From an uncultured Alphaproteobacteria bacterium (lineage in GTDB: Bacteria > Pseudomonadota > Alphaproteobacteria > RF32 > CAG-239), in NCBI GenBank assembly GCA_944391335.1, contig CALXTF010000004.1, forward strand, positions 16,412-80,411: DNA of 64,000 nt, given 5' to 3'. Each line of letters begins with the position of its first letter. The first letter of the stretch is position 1. Both the position numbers and the translations under genes were made by a program. Under the pieces are notes generated by a model, which did no database searches, was not told the origin of the DNA, and saw nothing but the letters and a program-made list of their open reading frames with translations. Shown here one piece after another: positions 32,066-42,210 of the stretch.

Positions 32066-33730
32066 ATGTTAAATTTTTTATCTATTAGAAATGTCGTGCT
32101 TATAGAACGGTTGGATTTGGATTTTTCCGAAGGTTTAAGCGTTTTAACAGGAGAAACTGGCGCCGGTAAATCTATTTTGCTTGATTCTTTGGGACTGGTT
32201 TTAGGCAACAGGGCGGAAACATCGCTTATACGTCACGGAGCCGATAAATTAAGTGTGACAGCAGTTTTTGATATCTCATCAGTCCAAGACTTTATATCCC
32301 AATTGGCAAAAGAATATGATCTTGAAATTGAAAATGAAGTGATAATCAAAAGGACATTAGATATTAACGGCCGCAGCAAAATATTTATAAATGATCAATC
32401 AGTTTCGTTAAAAGTTTTAAAAGAATTTGCTTCATATTTAGTGGAAATTCATGGACAGTTTGATAATCAAGGACTTCTTAATCCGAGTTTTCATCGCGAT
32501 ATTTTAGATAACTATGGTAAATATTCAGAAATTTTAACGGATGTTAAAAATAAATTTTTATATTATCAACAAGCAACCAAAGAATATTTAGCTTATGAAC
32601 AAGAAATACAGCAAGCTAAAATAGATGAGGATAATCTGCGTTGTTGGATAGATGAATTAGAAAAACTAAAACCGGTTGAAGGGGAAGAAGAAGAAATAAC
32701 ACATCGACGAACGGAAATGATGAATTCCGAAAAAATATTGGAAAATTTGAATATAGCTTATAATAGTCTTACAGTAGGAAATGATATAATAACATCTATT
32801 CGTCATGCGCAAGGAGCAATCAATCGAGCAAATAGGCTGGCGGAAGGGAAGTATAATCTTCTGGAAGAAACATTAGAACAAACATTGATTAATGCACAGG
32901 AAAGTTTAAATCAATTGGAAGAAATGAGTTCTTCAATCAATCTTAACCAAAACGAAATTGATCATATAGAACAAAGATTATATGCTTTAAGATCTGCGGC
33001 AAGGAAACATCAAACAAGTGTTGATGATTTACCTAATGTTTTGGAGAAATTAAAACATCAATTGTCAACGATAGAGTTAGGTGAAGAAAATTTAGAAAAA
33101 TACAGATTAAAAAAAGAACAAAGCCGATTGGATTATATGGCGGCAGCAAATAAACTTAGTGAAAAGCGCAAACAAACAGCTAAACAACTTGATGAAAAAG
33201 TACGAAGCGAGTTATCTCCGCTTAAAATGGAAAAAGCTCGTTTTATAACAAATATTGAACAAATGCCGGAAACAGGATGGAATGAAAAAGGAATTGACAC
33301 AGTTAGTTTTACGGTGTCAACAAATCCTAATTCCCCACAGGGAGCCTTGAACAAAATAGCATCTGGAGGAGAGTTGGCAAGATTTATGTTAGCTTTAAAA
33401 GTTAATTTAGCAGAAACAGGTCATTGTCAAACAATGATTTTTGATGAAGTAGATTCAGGTATTGGCGGAGCAACAGCGCAAGCGGTTGGCGAAAGATTGG
33501 CACAATTGGGAAAAACCGTACAGGTTTTGGTTGTAACTCATTCGCCGCAAGTCGCGGCTTGCGGCCATCACCATTTTAAGGTGGAGAAGAAAACAGAAAA
33601 TAATGAAACAACAACTTATGTATATGAATTAAATGAAATTTCTCGTTTTGAAGAAATAGCGCGAATGTTGGCGGGAGAACAAATTACAGATGAAGCTCGC
33701 GCAGCGGCGAAAGTTTTATTAACAGCTTAA
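32066..33730 (+). CDS. recN: DNA repair protein RecN
   Basis: N-terminal Walker A GETGAGKS, a long coiled coil, and C-terminal SGGE + FDEVDSGIGG. Confidence 0.9.
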   Translation: MLNFLSIRNVVLIERLDLDFSEGLSVLTGETGAGKSILLDSLGLVLGNRAETSLIRHGADKLSVTAVFDISSVQDFISQLAKEYDLEIENEVIIKRTLDINGRSKIFINDQSVSLKVLKEFASYLVEIHGQFDNQGLLNPSFHRDILDNYGKYSEILTDVKNKFLYYQQATKEYLAYEQEIQQAKIDEDNLRCWIDELEKLKPVEGEEEEITHRRTEMMNSEKILENLNIAYNSLTVGNDIITSIRHAQGAINRANRLAEGKYNLLEETLEQTLINAQESLNQLEEMSSSINLNQNEIDHIEQRLYALRSAARKHQTSVDDLPNVLEKLKHQLSTIELGEENLEKYRLKKEQSRLDYMAAANKLSEKRKQTAKQLDEKVRSELSPLKMEKARFITNIEQMPETGWNEKGIDTVSFTVSTNPNSPQGALNKIASGGELARFMLALKVNLAETGHCQTMIFDEVDSGIGGATAQAVGERLAQLGKTVQVLVVTHSPQVAACGHHHFKVEKKTENNETTTYVYELNEISRFEEIARMLAGEQITDEARAAAKVLLTA

Positions 33731-33831
33731 TTGAGCAATATTATTTTAGAATCAAAAATACTTGTGAAAAAATTAAATTGCGCTATCTTCAAATAAAGAT
33801 TCATATTAACAAACGGAAATAAGAGGAACAC

Positions 33832-35274
33832 ATGAAAGCAAGAACCAGATTTGCCCCATCACCTACAGGTTATATGCATATTGGTAATTTACGCACGGCA
33901 CTTTATGAATATTTAATTGCTAAATCTTCAGGCGGCTCTTTTCTTCTTCGAATAGAAGATACAGATCAAAAACGATATGTTCAAGGAGCAACGGATATTA
34001 TCTATTCAACTTTAAAAACCGTAGGTATGAATTGGGATGAAGGTCCTGATATCGGAGGAGCATATGGTCCATATGTTCAATCGGAAAGAAAATCCATATA
34101 TGCCGAATATGCCCATAAATTAGTTGAACTTGGAGGCGCGCATTATTGCTTTTGCGCTCAAAAAGAAGAAGCGGAAAATAATGATGATGATAATAATGTT
34201 ATACCGATTAAATTTCAAGATCCGTGTAAACAGATGCCGCTAAATGAAGCAAGAGCTAAAATTGCAGCAGGTCAACCCTATGTTATTCGTCAAACAATTA
34301 ATAAAAAAGGTAAATCGCATTTTCATGATGAAGTATATGGAGATATTGAAATTGATTATGATGATTTAGATGAAGGCGTTTTACTTAAAACAGATGGTTT
34401 TCCGACCTATAATTTTGCAAATGTTATAGATGATCATCTTATGGCAATTACTCACGTTGTCCGCGGTAATGAATATATATCTTCTACACCTAAATATAAT
34501 TTAATTTATGAAGCATTTGGTTGGACGCCGCCTGTATATGTTCATGTTCCCCCGGTGATGAAAGATGCTCAACATAAACTTTCTAAACGTAATGGAGACG
34601 CCTCTTTTCAAGATTTAACGGCAAAAGGATATTTGCCGGAGGCAATATTGAATTATATTGCGCTGCTTGGTTGGAATCCCGGAGATGATCAAGAAATCTT
34701 TTCTCTTAGTGAATTAGAAAAAATTTTTAGTATCTCTCGATTGAATAAATCACCGGCAATTTTTGATATTATCAAACTCACATGGATGAATGGTTGTTAT
34801 ATTCGCTCGCTAACAGCAGATGAATTTCATAAAATTGCCTTACCATGGTATAATAAATGTATCACTCGTAAACTTAATTTAGAAAATTTGAGTAAAGTTT
34901 TGCAGCCTCGGGTAGAAACATTCGCGGATATTATACCGCAAACGGATTTTTTGGAAAAGATGCCAGAATATGATATATCGTTATATGAGAATAAAAAAAT
35001 GAAAACAGATACCGATGTTGCAAAACAAACATTAAAATTGACAATTCAATTGTTATCAGATGTTAAGGATTGGAATAATGAAAATCTGTTTGCCGCTCTC
35101 AAAGAACTGGCGGCTATACATGAACTTAAAAATGGTCAAATACTTTATCCGCTGCGTATAGCTTTAAGCGGTAAAGAAACAACGGCAGGCGGAGCTACAG
35201 AAATTGCTTCTATTTTAGGAAAAGAAGAAACGATTTTTCGGATAAAAGAAGCGTTAAAAAAATTAGAGGCATAA
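33832..35274 (+). CDS. gltX: Glutamate--tRNA ligase
   Basis: RFAPSPTGYMHIGN (HIGH) and KLSKRNG (KMSKS). Confidence 0.95.
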   Translation: MKARTRFAPSPTGYMHIGNLRTALYEYLIAKSSGGSFLLRIEDTDQKRYVQGATDIIYSTLKTVGMNWDEGPDIGGAYGPYVQSERKSIYAEYAHKLVELGGAHYCFCAQKEEAENNDDDNNVIPIKFQDPCKQMPLNEARAKIAAGQPYVIRQTINKKGKSHFHDEVYGDIEIDYDDLDEGVLLKTDGFPTYNFANVIDDHLMAITHVVRGNEYISSTPKYNLIYEAFGWTPPVYVHVPPVMKDAQHKLSKRNGDASFQDLTAKGYLPEAILNYIALLGWNPGDDQEIFSLSELEKIFSISRLNKSPAIFDIIKLTWMNGCYIRSLTADEFHKIALPWYNKCITRKLNLENLSKVLQPRVETFADIIPQTDFLEKMPEYDISLYENKKMKTDTDVAKQTLKLTIQLLSDVKDWNNENLFAALKELAAIHELKNGQILYPLRIALSGKETTAGGATEIASILGKEETIFRIKEALKKLEA

Positions 35275-35667
35275 ATGATAAAAGAAGTAAGTGCCGCTTT
35301 AATTGTCCGTAATGGGAAAATTTTCATAGCCCAAAGACCTGAAGGCAAACCTTTGGCTAATTTATGGGAATTTCCGGGCGGAAAAAAAGAACCAGAAGAA
35401 ACACTTTCGCAGTGTTTGCAAAGAGAGCTTAAAGAAGAATTAAATATCGATGCGGAAATTGAAGAATTTTTAATGGATACAACATATTCCTATCCAACAG
35501 GTACATTTAAGATAAATTTTTTTCGTGTTCATATAGCTAATGATGATGAACCACAATTAAATGTACATAAAGCTTCAGCTTGGGTTACCCCTGAGGAAAT
35601 GAAAAATTATAATTTTCCTCCGGCAGATGAAAAAATTATTTATTATTTGCAAAAAATAAAGCTTTAA
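35275..35667 (+). CDS. mutT: NUDIX hydrolase, MutT-like
   Basis: Nudix box GGKKEPEETLSQCLQRELKEELNI preceded by WEFPGG. Confidence 0.8.
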   Translation: MIKEVSAALIVRNGKIFIAQRPEGKPLANLWEFPGGKKEPEETLSQCLQRELKEELNIDAEIEEFLMDTTYSYPTGTFKINFFRVHIANDDEPQLNVHKASAWVTPEEMKNYNFPPADEKIIYYLQKIKL

Positions 35668-35788
35668 CCTAAATTTCAAAAGAGTAAAATAACCCATTAT
35701 TTGAAAAACAAATATCTATATGCCTTGACGATATAAATAATTGTGAATACATTATATAAAAATATTTTCTCAATAAATGGTATGAAAA

Positions 35789-36895
35789 TTGAAATATAAA
35801 GTTGAAAAAAACATTTTACATCTTGAACTGTCGGGCAATTATCTTGAATATGCCGATGATAAAACCATCACATCGCTTTACCTCGCCATACAAGATAAAG
35901 CCGTAAAAGTAATAGAAATATCAGCGGCAGGATTGCAAAAATGGGATTCAACGTTGGTTGTTATTCTCTTTTCTTTAGAAAAATTAGCTCGTGATAGACA
36001 TATACAAATCAAAGATAATCAACTTCCGCTCAATTTGAAACAATTGTTGGAATTAGCTTTTTCAGTTAATCGCAATCCCGTTTTAAAAGTTCCTAAGCAA
36101 CAAGGGCTATTGGAAAAAATAGGCGACTGGGGAATAAATATTGTCCAAGGAAGCTCTAAAGGTTTTTATTTTTTATATGAATCTTTTTGTTCTTTTGGTC
36201 GTTTATTAAAAGGATCAGCGGTAATGCGTCCGGTCGATTTTTTGTTTTCGTTAGAAGATTGTGGCTATAAAGCAATACCAATAGTATCTCTTATCAGTTT
36301 TATGGTTGGTTTAATTTTAGCCTTTGTTGGAGCAGTTCAGCTTAAAGTTTTTGGAGCGGAAATTTATGTTGCCAGTTTAGTTACGATAGGAATGACGCGT
36401 ATAATGGGAGCAATTATGACCGGAGTTATTATTGCCGGTCGAACAGGAGCATCATATGCGGCAACAATAGGAACAATGCAAGTTAATGAAGAAATAGACG
36501 CTCTCAAAACAATGGGAATATCTGTTAGTGATTTTCTTGTTTTACCAAGAATGTCTGCCTTAATTTTAACAATGCCCTTATTAACCATGTGGTCGGATTT
36601 TATGGGAATGATAGGTGGAGCATTTGTAGGGATAACAATGCTTGATATACCTTTTCAACGTTATTTTGAACTTTCAATAGAAGCCATAAATTTGAGTAAT
36701 TTTTTGGTTGGAATATTTCATGGTTTTGTCTTCGGTTTTGTTATTGCTATTTGTGGTTGTTACTATGGGGTTAATTGTGGTCGTAATGCCGATAGTGTTG
36801 GTTTAGCGACAACAAAAGCAGTTGTTGCAGCAATTGTCTGGATGATTGTAATGACAGGTATTATTACAATTCTCTGTGAGGTACTGGGTATATGA
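35789..36895 (+). CDS. MlaE-family ABC permease with an N-terminal STAS-like domain
   Basis: About 110 aa of soluble N-terminus followed by the MlaE/Ttg2B-type permease core (EIDALKTMG motif). TTG start. Confidence 0.75.
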   Translation: MKYKVEKNILHLELSGNYLEYADDKTITSLYLAIQDKAVKVIEISAAGLQKWDSTLVVILFSLEKLARDRHIQIKDNQLPLNLKQLLELAFSVNRNPVLKVPKQQGLLEKIGDWGINIVQGSSKGFYFLYESFCSFGRLLKGSAVMRPVDFLFSLEDCGYKAIPIVSLISFMVGLILAFVGAVQLKVFGAEIYVASLVTIGMTRIMGAIMTGVIIAGRTGASYAATIGTMQVNEEIDALKTMGISVSDFLVLPRMSALILTMPLLTMWSDFMGMIGGAFVGITMLDIPFQRYFELSIEAINLSNFLVGIFHGFVFGFVIAICGCYYGVNCGRNADSVGLATTKAVVAAIVWMIVMTGIITILCEVLGI

Positions 36896-37653
36896 TAAAA
36901 GAAAAGCAAATAGAGGTTAAAAATTTAACGATCGGCTATGGTGATTTTGTTTTATTAGAAAACCTTAATTTTGTAATAAATAAAAGTGATGTTTTTATTA
37001 TTATGGGAGGTTCAGGTTGTGGAAAAAGTTCAATGTTAAGAGTTTTAACAGGGCTTCTTGAACCACAAAAAGGAAATGTGATTATAGATGGAAAAAATTT
37101 TACCAAATCCACAACAATAGAACGTGGTGCCATTATGCGTAAATTAGGTATATTGTATCAAAGCGGAGCACTTTTTAGTTCAATGACATTAGCGGAAAAT
37201 ATCGCTTTACCATTACAACAATATACAAAGTATTCTTTAAGAGAAATAAATGAATTAGTATCTTTAAAATTAGCGTTGGTAGGTTTGGCAGGTTTTGAAG
37301 AATTCTATCCATCAGAAATTAGCGGCGGTATGAAAAAGAGAGCCGGTTTGGCACGAGCTTTAGCCCTTGATCCGGAAATTGTTTATTTTGATGAACCATC
37401 AGCAGGTCTTGATCCAATTAGTTCACATCTTCTTGATAAATTGATTTTAGATATTAATCACAGTCTTGGAACAACAATAGTTATTGTTACCCATGAATTA
37501 GCTTCAATTTTTGCGGTTGGCAATAATTCTATTTTTTTAGACGGTGAAACAAAATCTATCCAAGGGTACGGAAATCCCAAAGAATTGCTTAAAAACCCGC
37601 CTAATGAAAAAGTATATAAATTTTTAACCCGAGGGGAAAAAGAACATGAGTAA
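36892..37653 (+). CDS. ABC transporter ATP-binding protein (MlaF-like)
   Basis: Walker A GGSGCGKSS, signature SGGMKKR, Walker B VYFDEPSAGLD. Confidence 0.85.
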   Translation: MIKEKQIEVKNLTIGYGDFVLLENLNFVINKSDVFIIMGGSGCGKSSMLRVLTGLLEPQKGNVIIDGKNFTKSTTIERGAIMRKLGILYQSGALFSSMTLAENIALPLQQYTKYSLREINELVSLKLALVGLAGFEEFYPSEISGGMKKRAGLARALALDPEIVYFDEPSAGLDPISSHLLDKLILDINHSLGTTIVIVTHELASIFAVGNNSIFLDGETKSIQGYGNPKELLKNPPNEKVYKFLTRGEKEHE

Positions 37654-38458
37654 ACAGCCAAATAGAAAACTGATAGGATTATTTATTATTAGTGGCGTTG
37701 TTTTGTTTCTGGCAACGATAGGAATGTTTGTTTCAGAAAAGATAACAGCAAATAAGAAAAATATGGTTGTTATGTATTTTTCCGAGTCAATTAAAGGCTT
37801 GGATGTAGGTTCACCAGTTGTTTTCAAAGGTGTTAATATTGGTCGCGTGGCTAAAATAGACTTAATTACCGATACCGAAGATTCAACTTTTAGTATACCG
37901 GTTTTTGTAACTTTTAATCGTCAAAATTTTAATCCTGCCGTACCGCGCGGAACGCGTCGTGAACTATTGCAGCAATTAATAGATAAAGGATTGCGCGCAC
38001 GTTTAAATACACAAAATTATCTTACCGGTCAGCTCATGATAGAATTGGAAATGATAGATAACGCTCCATCTCCGGTTTATCGTCGCCAAGATGATAACAA
38101 TTTAGCGGAAATACCAACCGTATTATCACCATTAGCAAAACTATCAATGGATTTTCAAGAAATACCTCTTAAACAATCCATCACGAAGTTAAATATGTTT
38201 CTTGATACTCTTAATGATCATGTTGTTCCACAACTTAGCACTGTTCTTACGGAGTATGCAAAAATACCGGAACAAACTAAAGGAATACCTAAAACCTTGA
38301 ATAATTTAAATCAAGTAACAAAAGAAATTCCAGAAACGATAAGAAACTTTAATCGCGCAATGATTAATATATCAGATGCAGCAAAATCACTTAATAATTT
38401 TGCCGATTATATTGAGCGGCATCCGGAATCATTATTAAAAGGAAAAGGGAGATATTAG
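37646..38458 (+). CDS. MCE-domain substrate-binding protein (MlaD/PqiB-like)
   Basis: N-terminal TM helix plus the MCE core GLDVGSPVVFKGVNIGRVAKI. Confidence 0.75.
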   Translation: MSKQPNRKLIGLFIISGVVLFLATIGMFVSEKITANKKNMVVMYFSESIKGLDVGSPVVFKGVNIGRVAKIDLITDTEDSTFSIPVFVTFNRQNFNPAVPRGTRRELLQQLIDKGLRARLNTQNYLTGQLMIELEMIDNAPSPVYRRQDDNNLAEIPTVLSPLAKLSMDFQEIPLKQSITKLNMFLDTLNDHVVPQLSTVLTEYAKIPEQTKGIPKTLNNLNQVTKEIPETIRNFNRAMINISDAAKSLNNFADYIERHPESLLKGKGRY

Positions 38459-38459
38459 A

Positions 38460-39026
38460 ATGAAAAAAATAAGTTGTTTGGTCGTATTTGTATTTCTTTC
38501 GGGTTGTTTAGGAGGAATCAGCAGTCCATCGCATTTTTATCGTTTAAAAGCGATAACAGAAAATATACAACCTATTTCTTCACAAAAGATGGAAATTGGT
38601 GTTGAAGAAGCCTTAATTCCACAATATCTTAATCGCCCTCAAATTGTAACCATGGAAAAAGGTTCAAATGAGTTAAAAATTTCCGAATTTGAGCGTTGGG
38701 CCGAACCTTTATCCGATTCTTTTTCCCGTATATTAGCTGATGATATTTCTAATTATTTGCCGCAATCGACAGTAAAATACAAAATGTTGGCAAGTGAGGA
38801 TTTTACATATAACATAAGTGTTGAAGTTAATAAAATAGATGCAGTTTTAGGTGAAAAATTAGAACTTGACGTATGGTGGACGATATATAAACAAGGTCGG
38901 ATGATATATAGAAAAAGAAGTGATAAAACAAGTCCACTTACAAATAGCTATGAAGATTTAGCTAAGCAATTAAGTCTCTTAATTAATGATTTAGCCAAGG
39001 AAATTGCGGTAAATTTGGCTAAATAA
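38460..39026 (+). CDS. ABC-transport auxiliary lipoprotein (PqiC/DUF330-like)
   Basis: Lipobox LSGC, about 190 aa, immediately after the MCE gene. Confidence 0.6.
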   Translation: MKKISCLVVFVFLSGCLGGISSPSHFYRLKAITENIQPISSQKMEIGVEEALIPQYLNRPQIVTMEKGSNELKISEFERWAEPLSDSFSRILADDISNYLPQSTVKYKMLASEDFTYNISVEVNKIDAVLGEKLELDVWWTIYKQGRMIYRKRSDKTSPLTNSYEDLAKQLSLLINDLAKEIAVNLAK

Positions 39027-39028
39027 AA

Positions 39029-39052
39029 GAATCCCCCGAAAAAGGGGGATTC
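39029..39052. terminator. Bidirectional terminator between convergent operons
   Basis: GAATCCCCC-GAAAAA-GGGGGATTC perfect 9-bp stem. Confidence 0.7.
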
Positions 39053-39069
39053 TGGATTAAATAGCAATT

Positions 39070-39573
39070 TTATTCAACGACGGGTGGTAATTCTGGAGTA
39101 TCCGGCAAGGGAGGCATAGGTTCTTTATCTTGTGGTTCCATAGGCATTGGGTGATGCGGCGGTCGTTTCATTTTTCTATGATGACGAGGCCCTTTTTCTT
39201 CCATCATTTTTTTAAATTCTTGTTTTTGTTCTGGGGTTAATTGACTTTCAAAAGCTTCCATGTTTGCTTTACGAATTTCATTCATTTGTTTACGAATTTC
39301 CTTCATTTGGGCAAAGAGAGGTTTTAGTTTTTCACGATCAGCTTTTCTTCTTTCTTCAATAGCTTTTTGTTGTTCTTCTGTTAATTTCAAACGTTGAGCC
39401 AATTTTTGTTCCATCATTTTAGGTGAAGGACATTCAGCCAATATTTTAGGATCAATAGGTTCATTAATTTGTGCTTCTAAAGATTTAGGTTGTGGTTTAT
39501 CTTCAAGAGCATAGACATTAGCCGTTCCCGCCAAAAGAGTGGCAATTGTAAGAGCTAAAAATTTATGTTTCAT
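39070..39573 (-). CDS. Periplasmic LTXXQ-motif (Spy/CpxP-family) protein with a Pro/His-rich tail
   Basis: Signal peptide, LKLTEEQQKAI and QLTPEQKQEF LTXXQ repeats, and C-terminal PPHHPMPMEPQDKEPMPPLP. Confidence 0.65.
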   Translation of the reverse strand: MKHKFLALTIATLLAGTANVYALEDKPQPKSLEAQINEPIDPKILAECPSPKMMEQKLAQRLKLTEEQQKAIEERRKADREKLKPLFAQMKEIRKQMNEIRKANMEAFESQLTPEQKQEFKKMMEEKGPRHHRKMKRPPHHPMPMEPQDKEPMPPLPDTPELPPVVE

Positions 39574-40073
39574 TTTGTTTCTCCTTGTTTTAAATAACTA
39601 AGTTTTTGACTTAAAATTTGTTTAGCATTAAATAGTCTAGATTTCACAGTTCCGAGAGGTATATTAATTTTTTTTGCAATTTGTTCCTGACTTAGTCCTT
39701 CAAATTCAAACAAAATAATTACCTTCCGCATTTTCGTCGGTAACTCATTGACAGCTTTAAGAATGAGTTTTTGCCGAGTCTTGCTATCAAGAGTTTCTTC
39801 CTGAGAAATATTAAAGGGAATGGTATTTAAAATTTCTTCATCAGTAATTTCCAGAGTATTTTGATGGTATAATTTTGATTTGAAATAATCTCGGCAAACA
39901 TTTGCAGTAAGGGCGGCAATCCATTGTTTGAATTTTCCCTGTTCTTTATATTTTTCGAGATTTTTCCACGTTTTGATATAAACTTCTTGTTCAATATCTT
40001 CATTGTAAGAGCCGGTTGTTTTACGAATAATTGAACGAATAAATCCTTTATTTTCTGTAATAATTTTTTTCAT
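39570..40073 (-). CDS. ECF-type RNA polymerase sigma factor
   Basis: Region 2 (DIEQEVYIKTW) and region 4 HTH (LSQEQIAKKINIPLGTVKSRL). Confidence 0.85.
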   Translation of the reverse strand: MKKIITENKGFIRSIIRKTTGSYNEDIEQEVYIKTWKNLEKYKEQGKFKQWIAALTANVCRDYFKSKLYHQNTLEITDEEILNTIPFNISQEETLDSKTRQKLILKAVNELPTKMRKVIILFEFEGLSQEQIAKKINIPLGTVKSRLFNAKQILSQKLSYLKQGETK

Positions 40074-40346
40074 CTAACTAACCATTAAAAGACCATAATC
40101 ATCAACAGGAAGTCCTAAATCTTTAATTGTAGATTGTTCTTCAACGATAGAAATTTGTTGTTCTAGCATCGAAATTAAAGCCAAAGTGCTATATTCATTA
40201 TAATTTGTTTTTTGTTCAATTCTCATAAAATTAATACCAATAACCAAAACTAACATTAATAATGTTGTCTTTATTCGATTGTTTCTTTTTTTTCGAGCAA
40301 AATAAAGTGGTTTTGCTTCTTGAAGTAATTTTGAAATATCATCCAT
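40074..40346 (-). CDS. Small single-pass membrane protein, first gene of the ECF operon (possible anti-sigma)
   Basis: 90 aa with one TM helix (TTLLMLVLVIGINF). Its stop abuts the sigma start. Confidence 0.4.
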   Translation of the reverse strand: MDDISKLLQEAKPLYFARKKRNNRIKTTLLMLVLVIGINFMRIEQKTNYNEYSTLALISMLEQQISIVEEQSTIKDLGLPVDDYGLLMVS

Positions 40347-40512
40347 ATTAACCTCCGTACAATTATTGAAACGAAAAGTTTTTAATTATGGTTCATTTTT
40401 TTTTGTTAATTTAAAGGTAATATAAGTTTTTTTATTTACAATAGAAATATCTTTATTGTCATTATAAAAAATTTAAATTATAATCTAAAATAAAAACAAG
40501 AGGAGTTTTGTC

Positions 40513-41130
40513 ATGACCTTGGAATTACGCCCTAATGAATATGTTAAAATAGAAGTTCATTTTAGTTATAAAGTTTTTGTAGCTCCGACATTGCTAATGT
40601 CTATAGGTATTTTAATGTTTCTGGCTGTTTGGAGCGGGGTAGGAGAGGGGGAACATATTCAATTAATAGGTCATGTATATTCTGTTGCTGGAATATTAAT
40701 GATTTTAGGCGGTCTCCTCTTTATTCCTTATATTTATCGTAGAGTTGATAATAGATTAAAAATTTATGCGGTTACCAATCAACGAGTTTATGTTCGTAGA
40801 GGTATTATTAATATAAAAGAAAAAGATATTCCATTAGCAAAAATTAATGACGTTCAAATTGTTCAGAGTTTAGTGCAACGTATTTTTGGCGCTGGAGATG
40901 CCATAGTTCAAGTAGGTAATGATGAAAGTAGTATGGTGATACAAGATATAGCCCATCCCAGAGAATTTCGTGATGTAATAATATCTGCTATATATGAAGC
41001 GGCGGCGGAACAAGAGGCCAGATCAAGACAGCAACGTCTTTATGAACAACAACAACAAAGACAATATGAACAACAAAATCAATATGGTAATTATCCGCCA
41101 TCATCTTCAGGCAACTATGGCGGGTATTAA
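40513..41130 (+). CDS. Membrane protein with a bacterial PH (bPH_2, YdbS/YdbT-like) domain and a Q-rich tail
   Basis: Two TM helices, then YAVTNQRVYVRRGIINIKEKDIPLAKINDVQIVQSLVQRIFG. Confidence 0.65.
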   Translation: MTLELRPNEYVKIEVHFSYKVFVAPTLLMSIGILMFLAVWSGVGEGEHIQLIGHVYSVAGILMILGGLLFIPYIYRRVDNRLKIYAVTNQRVYVRRGIINIKEKDIPLAKINDVQIVQSLVQRIFGAGDAIVQVGNDESSMVIQDIAHPREFRDVIISAIYEAAAEQEARSRQQRLYEQQQQRQYEQQNQYGNYPPSSSGNYGGY

Positions 41131-41212
41131 ATATGGATCATAAGCCCCTATCAAAGAATTTTAAAAACAAAAAGTAGGGCGAAAAGAACATTAAAAACTT
41201 TCTAATATAAAA

Positions 41213-42028
41213 TTATAATTCTTTGTTTTTAATATCTTTTAACCATTGATTAATAAAAGCATTTTCTTTAGATAAAGATTCAAGAGAAGGTTCGCTTGGA
41301 CTATGCTTCTCAAAAACATCTTCCTCTTGAGTTATTGTTTTTAAGGCTTCTTGAGATATTTTTAATAGTTGTTCATCACTTAATTGATGAACAGAAGAAC
41401 TGTTGTATTTAAGAATGATGCCTTTATTAAGATCCTTTTCACAAATAGATTCTTTTAGCCATTTCGGATATTGATAAAAAAAACGAAAACTTTTATCATC
41501 CATTAAAAAAGTGAGATCAAAAGGTTTCTTACCGGAATTATTAAAAATAGCAACGACATCGCTTCTTTTAAGGATTTGAGGAAATTTCTTTAAAATTTGA
41601 GGATAACACCTGACAATATCCGCATAAGGTATATTATGTCCGCCATTTAACACGCGTTGTTGTACGCGAAGATAAGATAACAGATGATTGGAAAGACCGA
41701 TAAATATTGTTGCGATTTTAAAACCTTTTTTACGAGCTGCATCCATAAAATGTAAATGAGTATTGCCTGCGGAAATCGTTTCATATGAAAAACTTTGTTG
41801 ATTTTCAATACAATCTTGAGCTATCTTACAAGTCATTACACCTGCGTTATAAAGATTAGTAAGTTGATCCTTTTTAGGATTAAAAGTTTCTTTAATCATA
41901 TTATCTAAATTAACAAATGGCGCATTTTTCATGAGAGGATCCTTTTTTATGACCAAGTCATAAAAAGTTGATTTACCTGCTCCATTAGGACCAGCAATCA
42001 TAATCATCCATGGCGTTCTCTTTTTCAT
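41213..42028 (-). CDS. Zeta-toxin-like P-loop ATPase/kinase (COG4185-type)
   Basis: IAGPNGAGKST Walker A, FVNLD, SFSYETISAG and RVQQRVLNGGHNIPYADIVRCY follow the zeta/COG4185 pattern. There is an extra C-terminal region of about 80 aa. Confidence 0.65.
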   Translation of the reverse strand: MKKRTPWMIMIAGPNGAGKSTFYDLVIKKDPLMKNAPFVNLDNMIKETFNPKKDQLTNLYNAGVMTCKIAQDCIENQQSFSYETISAGNTHLHFMDAARKKGFKIATIFIGLSNHLLSYLRVQQRVLNGGHNIPYADIVRCYPQILKKFPQILKRSDVVAIFNNSGKKPFDLTFLMDDKSFRFFYQYPKWLKESICEKDLNKGIILKYNSSSVHQLSDEQLLKISQEALKTITQEEDVFEKHSPSEPSLESLSKENAFINQWLKDIKNKEL

Positions 42029-42210
42029 TTAAGTAGTCCTAAAATAACTTCTTTATGATTTTCATCAAGAGTGATAACGTATTTTTTTCCATTTTCCATT
42101 TCTTTGATTAACAGCCCGTTATCTTCATAATATCGTGGATAAGGAATTTGTTTTTGATAAGTATCACAATTGTTAATACGCGTAAATTTTCTTTTAAAGT
42201 ATTCCATCAT
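42025..42210 (-). CDS. Small protein upstream of the zeta-like gene (candidate antitoxin)
   Basis: A 61-73 aa ORF whose stop overlaps the downstream start by 4 nt (ATGA). The start is ambiguous (42210 or 42246). Confidence 0.4.
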   Translation of the reverse strand: MMEYFKRKFTRINNCDTYQKQIPYPRYYEDNGLLIKEMENGKKYVITLDENHKEVILGLLK

